A DNA stretch of 64,000 nt, taken from positions 220,162,001 to 220,226,000 of the forward strand of contig OX597814.1 in NCBI GenBank assembly GCA_951406725.2. The letters are read 5' to 3'. The notes under the pieces were generated by a model. That model was not told where the DNA came from and made no database searches. It saw nothing but the letters and a program-made list of their open reading frames with translations. The translations under genes and the position numbers were made by a program. This stretch comes from Octopus vulgaris. Its lineage: Eukaryota. Shown here piece after piece: positions 52,341-64,000 of the stretch (the first letter of the stretch is position 1; the number at the start of each line of letters is the position of its first letter).

Positions 52341-54775
52341 TATTCTGTGTTGGTCACTGTAAAAATGGTGAGGCTACATTCCTTGTTGACATTAAAACTG
52401 GTTGTTTTAGCATGGAAGAATAAACATTAACCTTTTTGTTACCATATTTATTTTGAGATGCTCTGTATTTCAGTCAATTAATTTTAAATATAACAAAGAA
52501 TTTAGTAAAATAACTTATTTATTATTAAGCTTGTGTTAGGAACCTAAATTGTGACTAAGGTTTGGTGGAAGATTTTAGTTCAAAACTTATGAAAACAAGA
52601 CACCTTGGGCAAGTGTCTTCTGCTATAGCCTCGGGCCGACCAAAGCCTTGTGAGTGGATTTGGTAGACGGAAACTGAAAGAAGCCCGTCGTATATATGTA
52701 TATATATATGTATGTGTGCGTGTATGTTTGTGTGTCAGTGTTTGTCCCCCTAGCATTGCTTGACAACCGATGCTGGTTTGTTTATGTCCCCGTCATTTAG
52801 CAGTTCGGCAAAAGAGACCAATAGAATAAGTACTGGGCTTACAAAGAATAAGTACTGGGCTTACAAAGAATAAGTCCCGGGGTCGAGTTGCTCGACTAAA
52901 GGCGGTGCTCCAGCATGGCCGCAGTCAAATGACTGAAACGAGTAAAAGAGTAAAGAGTATTTATGCTACAGAGCCAGAGGCGGTTTCAGGTGGGTGGGTA
53001 TTAAAAGGGTTAAAAAAAACAAACAAAAGACAAATCAGAATGAGTCAGAATGTGAAATAATGTTTGTAAGTTTGTATCCACATTCCCATACTGTTATAAT
53101 TATCATCATTGTCATTGTCATTTACTGTCCATTTAACCCTGACTGAGCGGGTTCTGTGCTTACAAATATTCCAGCAATGACCACCCAATTATTTCTTCAT
53201 TGCTTAACCCAGATCTGATCTGATTGGATAGAATTAGGATCAAAGTATGTAATTCTGTCGGTCTGTATAACTAGGCCTACTTTGTCTAATGTGTGGCTTT
53301 AAACTGATACATCATTGTTGATTGTGATCAGCCCACAAGACCAGTTTTGTTTCTCGAAGTTTAGTACTTATTGACCTATTTGTCAAAACACTAAGTTACA
53401 GTAGAAGCCCAGAGTATCATATTTCATGTGGGGTCATCATGCACAGACACACACGCAATAAGTTATAGTTTCTATTTAAAAATTTCACTTACAGCATATT
53501 GGTCTGCCTGAGGTTATAATGGAAGACATTTACTCTTTTACTTGTTTCAGTCATCTGACTGCGGCCATGCTGGAGCACTGCCTTTAGTTGAGCAAATCAA
53601 ACCACAGGACTTATTCTTTGTAAGCCTAGTACTTATTCTATCAGTCACTTTTGCTGAACTGCTAAGTTACGGGGACGTAAACACACCAGTATCAGTTGTC
53701 AAGCAATGTTGTAGGGACAAACACAGACACACAAACACACGCACACATACATATATATATGTATATATTTATATATATACATATACACGACGAGCTTCTT
53801 TCAGTTTCCGTCTACCAAATCCACTAACAAGGCTTTGGTTGGCCTGAAGCTATAGTAGAAGACACTTGCCCAAGGTGCCATGCAGTGGAACTGAACCTGG
53901 AACCATGTAGTTGGTAAGCAAGCTACTTACCACACGGCCACTCCTGTGCAAGATGTCATCTAGTGAGACTGAACCCCAAACTACATAGCTGTGAATATAT
54001 ATCATCATCATCATTTAACATCCATTGTCCATGCAGGTATGGGTTGGACAGTTTGACCAGTGCTGGCAAGCTGGGAGGCTGCACCAGACTCCAGTCTGTT
54101 TTGGCATGGTTTCTATGGCTGGATGCCCTTCCTAATGCCAACCACTCCAAGAGTGTAATGGGTGCTTTTATGTGCCATTTGCATGACACCAGTATCTGCC
54201 ACAACAGCAGTTTACTTGGCTTGATGGGTCTTCTTCTCAAGCATGGCATGATGCCAAATGGACTCAGTCACTGCCCCTGTGAGGCCCAATCCTCCAAGCA
54301 AGCCAAATGGTCTAATGCAATGCTTCTCAAATGGTGAACTGCACATTGCAAAATAAAATTATAATTCAAAGTTTTTAGAAAATGCATTTTAATAACTCTT
54401 TGAAAACTTGCTATTCATAATTTTGCTAAACTCATTAATGCTAGTGGCATGAAAAAGGCGTCTAGAACACACTGTAAAGTGGCTGGCATTAGAAATGGGG
54501 CACTCAACCTGGTTTCGATACCTGGATACCCTTCCTAATGCTTAAGTTGACATTGGAGCTTGATGTAGTCCTGCAGCTTGCCAGGTTGTCAAGCTATGCA
54601 ACCAGTGCCAACATGGAAAACAAACATTAAATGATGACAGTCATGATGATGATGATGATGATGATGATGATTCAAACAAGGACAATTCTAAATAGCTATT
54701 TTATTGCTTCCACACTAGTAAATTATTTTTTTTCAATATCACATTACAATATATGTAACTCAGTAGTAAAATTAA

Positions 54776-54814
<39 letters not shown>

Positions 54815-57247
54815 ACACATACACACACACGGAGTCTTTTTTGTGTTTAAATGTCTTAACATTAAACCGAAGGATTACTCTACACTTTTTGTAGAGTACA
54901 CATTTGGTATCTTTTACAAAGAAATGTTTGACAGTGACTTCTGGTATAAACTTATACCAACATAGAACATAGACATTTGATGGTGATGATGATGATGATG
55001 ATAATAATACACAGGTGCAGGTATGGCTGTGTGGTAAGAAGCTTGCTTCCCAACCACATGGTTCCAGGTTCAGTCCCACTGTGTGACACTTTGGGCAAGT
55101 GTCTTCTACTATAACCTTAGGCCAACCAAAGCCTTGTGAGTGGATCTGGTAGACAGAATCTGAAAGATGTGCATCGTATTTATATTTATATACATGCATG
55201 TGTGTGTGTGTGTGTGTGTTTGTTTTCCCATTACCACTTGACAACTGGCATTAGTGTGTTTACATCCCTGTAACTTAGTGGTTCAGCAAAAAAGAGACCA
55301 ATAGAATTAGTACTAGGTTTACAAAGAATAAGTCCTGGGGTCAATTTTTTTTTACTAAAAACATCTTTCAAGGTGGTGCTCCAGCATGGCCACAGTCAAG
55401 TGACTGAAACAAGTAAAAGAGAGCAAAGAATGTGTGTATGTGTGTGTGTGTGTGTGTGTGTGTACACACATACAATTAGATGCTAAAGCCTTTTGAATCG
55501 ATACACCAAGTTTGATGTTGGTGATTATTCAAATACTTGACAAAGGAATGCAACATGACAATATGTAAATAAAAAAATTAATAAATACATCAACATAGTT
55601 TTAGTAATTCAGATTTGATTGGTTGGTGAAAAAAAACAAAAACAAAACTTAGAAAATACATCATACATGCATCTATTTGATTCTTATATACAAAACATGC
55701 AATATATTCATTTATTCACATTCAAAAATATATTTTCATGACTAAGATGGTTATTGTTAATGCAGTTCTATTGCTGATGAAAAAAAAAAAATCCTTCTTA
55801 CTTCTTCAATTTGAGACAGAATTTCAGGGTTTGAGAAATCCATCATTTAGGAAATAAACGATTTTAACCAGTTGGCATTTGGAAATTCCTTGACAAATAT
55901 TGATGGAAGTATCTGCAAGAATTTCCTAATCCTGATATTTTTCCAGTCAAAATTACAAAATGCTGGAATAAAAAGTTATGCTTCTCCAAAAGCAAGGATC
56001 ACATCTTTGTGAGCCATTAATATCAGAGGGAGGCAAGTGCTCTATAACGAACTTACCAATTTAGTGACTGCTTGCAGCATCATCTTTTAAACTTCTGACA
56101 TATTTGGAAAGTGAGGTAGTGAGGTACCTTTCTGAATGTCTGAGTGTGTATGCATGGTGCAAGAATGTTTCTTGAAAAGATTTTCAAAAACTCTATAGAA
56201 ATTTTGTTTCATTATCTTCTTTCTGTTTTGCAAGCAACATCTTAGCTTAATTAATAATTGTTTTATAATTACACATTCCATAAGGAAGGTAGAAATTAGG
56301 GTTGTTGCAATGAGATAGAGATAAGTTTTGTGAGTAAGTACTGGAGAATTTTCTTTTGTTTATATTAACTATGGAACCAGAGAAGTTTCTGCTGCAATGG
56401 TCAACAAGATTATACTAATCTAAGCGGTTTAGGGAAATCTTACCAACATTTGTGTGTTGAGAATTATACCATTTAATATTTCATTGCTTGCGTGTGTTAT
56501 ATTTATAGTACTTCTAGTATAAAAATATCAAGGGTTTGGCAAGTGAAGAGATGAATATATCGTCTTTTTCATATAACAATTGAATTAGATCAATATGTGA
56601 TGCATTTTCTAATTACTTTTTAGCATCCAATCAAAACTCAATGACTAATAATATCTTTGATGTGTTTATATACATTTTTGATGACATATCGTCAAATTGC
56701 TTCCAGTCTTTGATCTTTTGAATAATTGGCAATGTAACATTCAGAGTAACACTGCAAGAAACTTCAGCTTTTAGCAAAATACAGAAATCCTAATTTATGT
56801 ATCCAATACAATTTTTTCCCCAAATTCACTAATATTCACCAACCACCTATTTATATAAAATTTTATTTTCGTTGAGTCAGTCTCCTGCTACTCTGAATTT
56901 CACATATGGGTGCAAAGGGTCATCAGGCAAGTTACAACTTATAACAGACTTGAAGACCTTGTGTACCCAGAGATAAAACTCAGGTAAGAAAGAGACTGGC
57001 TTGACTATGATTAGTCACATAATGCATTGAGTACTCTTTTTTTGCAATAGTCAATACTAAATGGATATATATATATAAATACAATGGGCTTCTTTCAGTT
57101 TTTGTCTACCAAATTCACTCACAAGGCTTTGGTTGGTCTGAGGCTATAATAGAAGACACTTGCCCGAAGTGCCACCCAGTAGGACTGAACCTGGAACCCA
57201 TGTTGTTGGGAAGCAAGCAAGCTTCTTACCACACACCCCTGTCTGTA

Positions 57248-57299
<52 letters not shown>

Positions 57300-57855
57300 C
57301 CTCAACAGGACTTGTGAAGACCTGTTGAGGCAAGTGAAAATCAAATCAAATCAAAACAAATCAAAATAGATGAACATCAATGGAATTTGTATCTTTGTGG
57401 TACCAGTGCCGGTGGCACACAAGAAAATCATCCGAACGTGGCCGTAGCCAGTACCGCATAGACTGGCCTCCGTGCTTTGGGGACGTAACAAACACCATCC
57501 GATCGTGGCCGTCCGCCAGCCTCATCTGGCACCTGTGTCGGTGGCACATAAAAACACCATCCGATAAAAACACCATCCGAGCGTGGCCGTCTGCCAGCCT
57601 CGTCTGGCACCTGTGTCGGTGGCACATAAAAACACCATCCGAGCGTGGCTGTTCGCCAGCCTCGTCTGGCACCTGTGTCGGTGGCACATAAAATCACCCA
57701 CTACACTCTCGGAGTGGTTGGCGTTAGGAAGGGCATCCAGCTGTAGAAACACTGCCAGATCTGACTGGCCTGGTGCAGCCTTCGGGCTCCCCAGACCCCA
57801 GTTGAACCGTCCAACCCATGCTAGCATGGAAAACGGACGCTAAATGATGATGATG

Positions 57856-58210
57856 TTGGTAAAAACGGTAAGATAACAAAAGAATGAAAGAGACCTTGAT
57901 ATTATGTAAATAGAGGAATTTATCTGTAAATATAATATGTGACAATTATTCGGTAGCCATGATAAAACTCTGAGTTTTGGATGTCAGGGTGGAAATCCAA
58001 ACCACCATCTCTTCAGTTATTTGGCCATTGGAAAAACGCTATCTTTCTGGGTTAATAAGCCTACATTTAGGGTTGGATAGGAAGTTCTCTTTGTTTTTCC
58101 GTTTTTCCGATGGCCAAATAACTGAAGAGATGGTGGCGTGGATTTCCACCTCGGCATCTGAAACTCAGAGTTTTATCTTGGCTTCCGAATTGTCACATAT
58201 TACATTTACA
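57856..58210. mobile_element. Family A fold-back/hammerhead element, second copy
   Basis: Same leader as 48111. Arms at ~57938-58028 / 58110-58197 contain AATAA-CTGAAGAGATGG...GAAACTCAGAGTTTTATC. The spacer differs from the 48-kb copy. Confidence 0.7.
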
Positions 58211-59443
58211 TACATGCATGCATGCATGCATGCATGCATGCATGTATGTATGTATGTATGTATGTATGTATGTATGTATGTATGTATGTATGTATGTATG
58301 TATGTATGTATGTATTTATGTATGTATGTATGTATGTATGTATGTATGTATGTATTAATTAGGTATATTTTTTGCTTAGGTATACTGATACTAATGACCT
58401 GGTGTTATAACCCAATAAACATTCATTTCAGAATAACATGTTAATCAAGTATAAAACAAAATATGAAATTTCAGTCTTGCAGTCAATGCTTAAAAATAAA
58501 AATAAATGTAGTTTAACTACTTTGATTTAATCTTAAAGATGTGTGTGGATGTGTGTGTGTGTGTGTGTGTGTGTGTAAAGTGACGGTAAAGCTGAATGAG
58601 GCTTCAAGATTCACCTGTTAGTTTATTCAAGCACTTCACAATAAATTTACTCTGAATATAGGGACACTGAATCAGTGGATGCTCCATTGCTCTTCTTAAA
58701 TTTGTTTTGATATAACAACCTTATTTTAACGCATTGATGGTGCAATGTAAAAAAGCACTCCATATAGAGTCTGTGAAGTGGTTGGCATAAAGAAGGGCAT
58801 CCAGTAGTAGAAACCATGTCAAAGCAAACCCAGCAGTCTTCTGGCATGCAGGCTCCTCTCGAACTGTCCAACCCGAGCCAGTATGGAAAGTGGATGCTAA
58901 ATGATGATGATGATATATATTGCATTTTAAACACGACTTATTACTGGCTTTCGCATTACTCTTTAGTCAAATGGAAAGAGCAGTGCGCATGACCCTTTAT
59001 AGAATCTTCAAGATTAGTGGAAAGGGGAAGGATGAAGGTTCTCTGAAACTGGAGACATGACCTAAATGCTTGTAACAGAATAGACTCTGTTATTGAAGTT
59101 TGAATTCAGAACAAAGAGAACCAGAGCAAATATGGAAAAAGTATCCTGTCTGATGGTATCATCATCATCATCATCATCCTCATCATCATCATCATCACCA
59201 TCATTTAACGTCTGTTTCTTATGCTGGTTTGGGTTGGACAGTTTGACTGAAAACTGGGAAGTCAGGGAGCTGCACCAGGTTCCAATGCGATTTGGCAAGG
59301 TTTCTATGGCTAGATGCCCTTCCATATGCCAACCACTCCAAAAGTGTGGAGAGTGAGTTTTGTGTGCCACCAGCACTGGTGCCATTGATGTGACACTGGC
59401 ATCGGCCACGACTGTGACCACACTTGGCTTGACATGTCTTCTC

Positions 59444-61166
59444 AATGTTTCTGCCAAACCACTATCCTAAGGTCTAATGTTTCTGCCAAACCACTATCCT
59501 AAGGTCTAATGTTTCTGCCAAACCACTATCCTAAGGTCTAATGTTTCTGCCAAACCACTATCCTAAGGTCTAATGTTTCTGCCAAACCACTATCCTAAGG
59601 TCTAATGTTTCTGCCAAGCCACTATCCGAAGGTCTAATGTTTCTGCCAAACCACTATCCTAAGGTCTAATGTTTCTGCCAAACCACTATCCTAAGGTCTA
59701 ATGTTTCTGCAAACCACTATCCTAAGGTCTAATGTTTCTGCCAAACCACTATCCTAAGGTCTAATGTTTCTGCCAAACCACTATCCTAAGGTCTAATGTT
59801 TCTGCCAAACCACTATCCTAAGGTCTAATGTTTCTGCCAAACCACTATCCTAAGGTCTCAATGTTTCTGCCAAACCACTATCCTAAGGTCTAATGTTTCT
59901 GCCAAGCCACTATCCGAAGGTCTAATGTTTCTGCCAAACCACTATCTGAAGGTCTAATGTTTCTGCCAAACCACTATCCTAAGGTCTAATGTTTCTGCCA
60001 AACCACTATCCTAAGGTCTAATGTTTCTGCCAAACCACTATCCTAAGGTCTAATGTTTCTGCCAAGCCACTATCCGAAGGTCTAATGTTTCTGCCAAACC
60101 ACTATCTGAAGGTCTAATGTTTCTGCCAAACCACTATCCGAAGGTCTAATGTTTCTGCCAAACCACTATCCTAAGGTCTAATGTTTCTGCCAAACCACTA
60201 TCCGAAGGTCTAATGTTTCTGCCAAACCACTATCCTAAGGTCTAATGTTTCTGCCAAACCACTATCCGAAGGTCTAATGTTTCTGCCAAGCCACTATCCG
60301 AAGGTCTAATGTTTCTGCCAAACCACTATCCTAAGGTCTAATGTTTCTGCCAAACCACTATCTGAAGGTCTAATGTTTCTGCCAAACCACTATCCGAAGG
60401 TCTTATGTTTCTGCCAAACCACTATCCTAAGGTCTAATGTTTCTGCCAAACCACTATCTGAAGGTCTAATGTTTCTGCCAAACCACTATCCGAAGGTCTA
60501 ATGTTTCTGCCAAGCCACTATCCGAAGGTCTAATGTTTCTGCCAAACCACTATCCTAAGGTCTAATGTTTCTGCCAAACCACTATCCTAAGGTCTAATGT
60601 TTCTGCCAAACCACTATCCTAAGGTCTAATGTTTCTGCCAAGCCACTATCCTAAGGTCTAATGTTTCTGCCAAACCACTATCCTAAGGTCTAATGTTTCT
60701 GCCAAACCACTATCCTAAGGTCTAATGTTTCTGCCAAACCACTATCCTAAGGTCTAATGTTTCTGCCAAACCACTATCCTAAGGTCTAATGTTTCTGCCA
60801 AACCACTATCCTAAGGTCTAATGTTTCTGCCAAACCACTATCCTAAGGTCTAATGTTTCTGCCAACCACTATCCTAAGGTCTAATGTTTCTGCCAAACCA
60901 CTATCCTAAGGTCTAATGTTTCTGCCAAGCCACTATCCTAAGGTCTAATGTTTCTGCCAAGCCACTATCCGAAGGTCTAATGTTTCTGCCAAACCACTAT
61001 CCTAAGGTCTAATGTTTCTGCCAAACCACTATCCTAAGGTCTAATGTTTCTGCCAAACCACTATCCTAAGGTCTAATGTTTCTGCCAAACCACTATCCTA
61101 AGGTCTAATGTTTCTGCCAAACCACTATCCGAAGGTCTAATGTTTCTGCCAAACCACTATCCTAAG
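59444..61166. repeat. 32-bp minisatellite, ~54 copies (AATGTTTCTGCCAAACCACTATCCTAAGGTCT)
   Basis: Period 32 (59444, 59476, ...). Few variants (AAG for AAA; CCG/CTG for CCT). Confidence 0.97.
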
Positions 61167-64000
61167 CTGGTCTTTAATGGTGGATTCCTGAAGGTTGATC
61201 AACAAAGTTGACCTTGGAGGTATTTGAACTCAGAACACATGGTATTGGAAAGACTATTGCACAGCAAGTTCATCTGATGAGCTAATCACTCTGCTAGTTC
61301 ACCACTTACATCATTTAAGATAAACGTGACATGTCATATCAACAGGCAGGTAAAAAAATACTTGTTTGTATTAATAGACAATTTTTTTAAAAAATCAACA
61401 AAATAACATAAAAACTGTAACAAATACAACCGGAGTAAAATAGATACATTGATGATGAAATATATCAAAATGAGATAAGACAAGTAAAGTAGTAAAATTC
61501 AAAGACACCACACACGCGTGCAATCCAATACAATTTATATGTACATATATTTTGGAAAAAATGCAAAAAACCATACACAAATTCAGTTGAACGATGCACT
61601 TAATTATACAAACACGAAAGCACATGCACACACACATGCATGTACACAGACACACACATGAACAAGATGCCTAGCTATTGACTAGTGATAACAATAAACA
61701 GACAAACAGAGACCATGCAAATCTTGTTTCAACCTATCACTTACTTAGTGTGTGATGACAAGCTTTTAAAATTTGAATTAGCTGCCTTACATTATTTCAT
61801 TTGTCATTCTGAATTGTTTATATAATTACACAGGTATGCTGACATACCATGTGATCAATTACATATGAGGGTGCACACACCTGACAGTATGCTGGGAAGT
61901 CTGTTATAACCTGTCGTGTCGGTTTATAAAACCAGTGCGATGTATCCTCTACTCTGACACTTCTCAAACTGACAAAAGTACAGCCTTATCCTCCCACCCA
62001 TCCCCACGCTACCAAAAAAAAAAAAAGAAAAAAATTACTGAAATACTTTTGTTCATCCCTTTCTTGATTAACGAGAAAACAATAATAAAGTCTGCATTTT
62101 TCTTTCTGTCTCATGGTAGTGAACAAATGTGGAGGCGCAATGGCCCAGTGGTTAGGGCAGCGGACTTGCGGTTTTGATTCCCAAACTGGGCATTGTGAGT
62201 GTTTATTGAGCGAAAACACCTAAAGCTCCACGAGGCTCCGGCAGGGGCGGGGTGTGTGATCCCTGCTGTACTCTTTCACCACAATTTTCTCTCACTCTTA
62301 CTTCCTGTTTCTGTTGTACCTGTATTTCAAGGGGCCGGCCTTGTCACTCTCTGTGTCACGCTGAATATCCCCGAGAACTACGTTAAGGGTACACGTGTCT
62401 GTGGAGTGCTCAGCCACTTACACGTTAATTTCACGAGCAGGCTGTTCCGTTGATTTAGATCAACCGGAACCCTCGTCGTCGTAACCGACGGAGTGCTTCC
62501 ATCAGTGAACAAATGTAAAATGTTGGAAGCTATCTTAAATTTATTAAATATAGCAGCTAGTCTGCTCCTTAATCCTCACATCTGCACTCTGACCCCCCCC
62601 CCCAGCCCCCACTAGAAACATTCCATTAGCCTAATACTTCTATGACTTGACTAGTCCTGCTTCTACAGTAGACTCGACTTCTTTGAAATTGCAGACCCTT
62701 TATAACCTGTCCCCAAAACAAATAACTCAATCGCTGCCTTTCCACCCCACCCACACCCAGCCACACACCCTTTACTCTATCTATGAATCATTTCCTTACT
62801 CCTCTTTCACTGACGTCCAGCTGGAGCACCAACTTCCATAGTATAGCAAATTATACTGATACTTGCTCAGTGGTTATAGTTATTGACGCCAGAGGGATAA
62901 AAAAAGCAAAGAAGACCTGGGTGTGATTTGAACACAGAATTTAAAGATACATAATTAAATACACATAGAACAAGGATTATTGTCTCATAGATCTACAACT
63001 AATTTTATGATGTGAGCATTTTAGAAAATGTCTGAGCTTTCTGAACATTCTAGAAAACGTTTCTTTTACTCAGAACATCACCTGTCAGGAAACCCTTTCC
63101 TGACACAGTTTCTCCAACCACTCTTTTACAAACAAGAATTTGAAACAACAGTAAGGTCGACACACAGTGGCTTTAACTCCCACATGTACCTCAGCACCTA
63201 TAAAGTGGCCCCTCAAAAAGCTATATCAAAATTGCTATCTAATGTAACAAATACAAAAAAGAAAACTAAATAGTCCGTTACCAGACGATATATTTATTAC
63301 ATGTAGCAGCAGCCACATGAATTTGTTATGATTTTAGTGGATACATAAATAACTTCTTTCTATCTAAATGACATAAATTACATCAAACAGTGATGTTAAA
63401 TATTATAAAAACACACACAAAGACTGTGTTATCTATAACTCCATCGATAATTATTTTACTACATATAATTTCCCTACTAAACTCCAGACGTTTTTGCTCC
63501 ATAAAACAAACCTATGCTAATTGTAGGTGAATACACAAACTTTTTTCCCCAGTTCAGGTAGTTATTTACTTTTATTATATAACCCTGTTTTATGCCAGGT
63601 AACATGAAAATGTTATTTTGAAATATCACAGCAAAAGGAGAAAAAAAACTTCGACTATAAAGACATGCAAACGTTAGCAGTTATTGAACATTTGACATAG
63701 GAAAGAAAGAAAAGAAAGAAAGAAAAAACGAAAATAACGACGCAATGAATATACAATGTAAGAACTAGAAGAATTCATGTGTGTGTGGGGGGGGGGGAAC
63801 AATCAGTGACTCAACAGGCAGATATCGTGCAAGGGAGAGAAGCATGTCATGGACTGTTTTTTTTTTTTTCTTCTGCCAGAGGGAAATTACCTACCTTCTA
63901 TAAGGTCAGAACCACAAATACAAGGATGAAACGAAGAATTGGATTAAAAGAAGAAAAAAAAGGAAGAATTTATAAAAAACGTTGAATCAAGACAATTTAC

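Noticed and set aside
55800-57000. Non-repetitive stretch that might hide an upstream sdk exon or a retroelement relic
   Set aside because: I could not find a spliceable open frame with Ig/FN3 motifs or confident RT motifs by eye. tBLASTn would be needed.
61881-61968. Possible 88-nt minus-strand exon (TTTTGTCAG...CAG|GTGTGT) with one open frame
   Set aside because: The open frame is phase 2-0, incompatible with the phase-1 exon at 36703, and the peptide is not Ig/FN3-like.

Overview
AT-rich, repeat-saturated eukaryotic DNA. The SINE/LINE repertoire is typical of an octopus genome (organism inferred). The only host gene I can support is part of a large minus-strand Sidekick-like (sdk) Ig/FN3 adhesion gene. 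Ten GT-AG exons between 36703 and 6478 splice in frame (2320 nt, about 773 aa, approximately FN3 repeats 2-9), and no further exon is recognisable from 36.7 to 64 kb. The introns hold three SINE families, many 5'-truncated RTE LINE ends, CR1, R4/Dong-like and Penelope relics, a decayed mariner, piggyBac-type TTAA MITEs, non-autonomous Helitrons, two large satellites (117/130 bp and 32 bp) and many microsatellites. The most notable unannotated signal is a set of short non-coding elements, mostly fold-backs, inserted in (TA)n-type tracts. They carry hammerhead-ribozyme cores (CTGANGA...GAAAC..GTH) and fall into at least three sequence families. They look like Penelope-type ends or retrozymes, and one near-intact core lies on the sdk pre-mRNA strand. 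Repeat coordinates are approximate; exon boundaries were read base by base.
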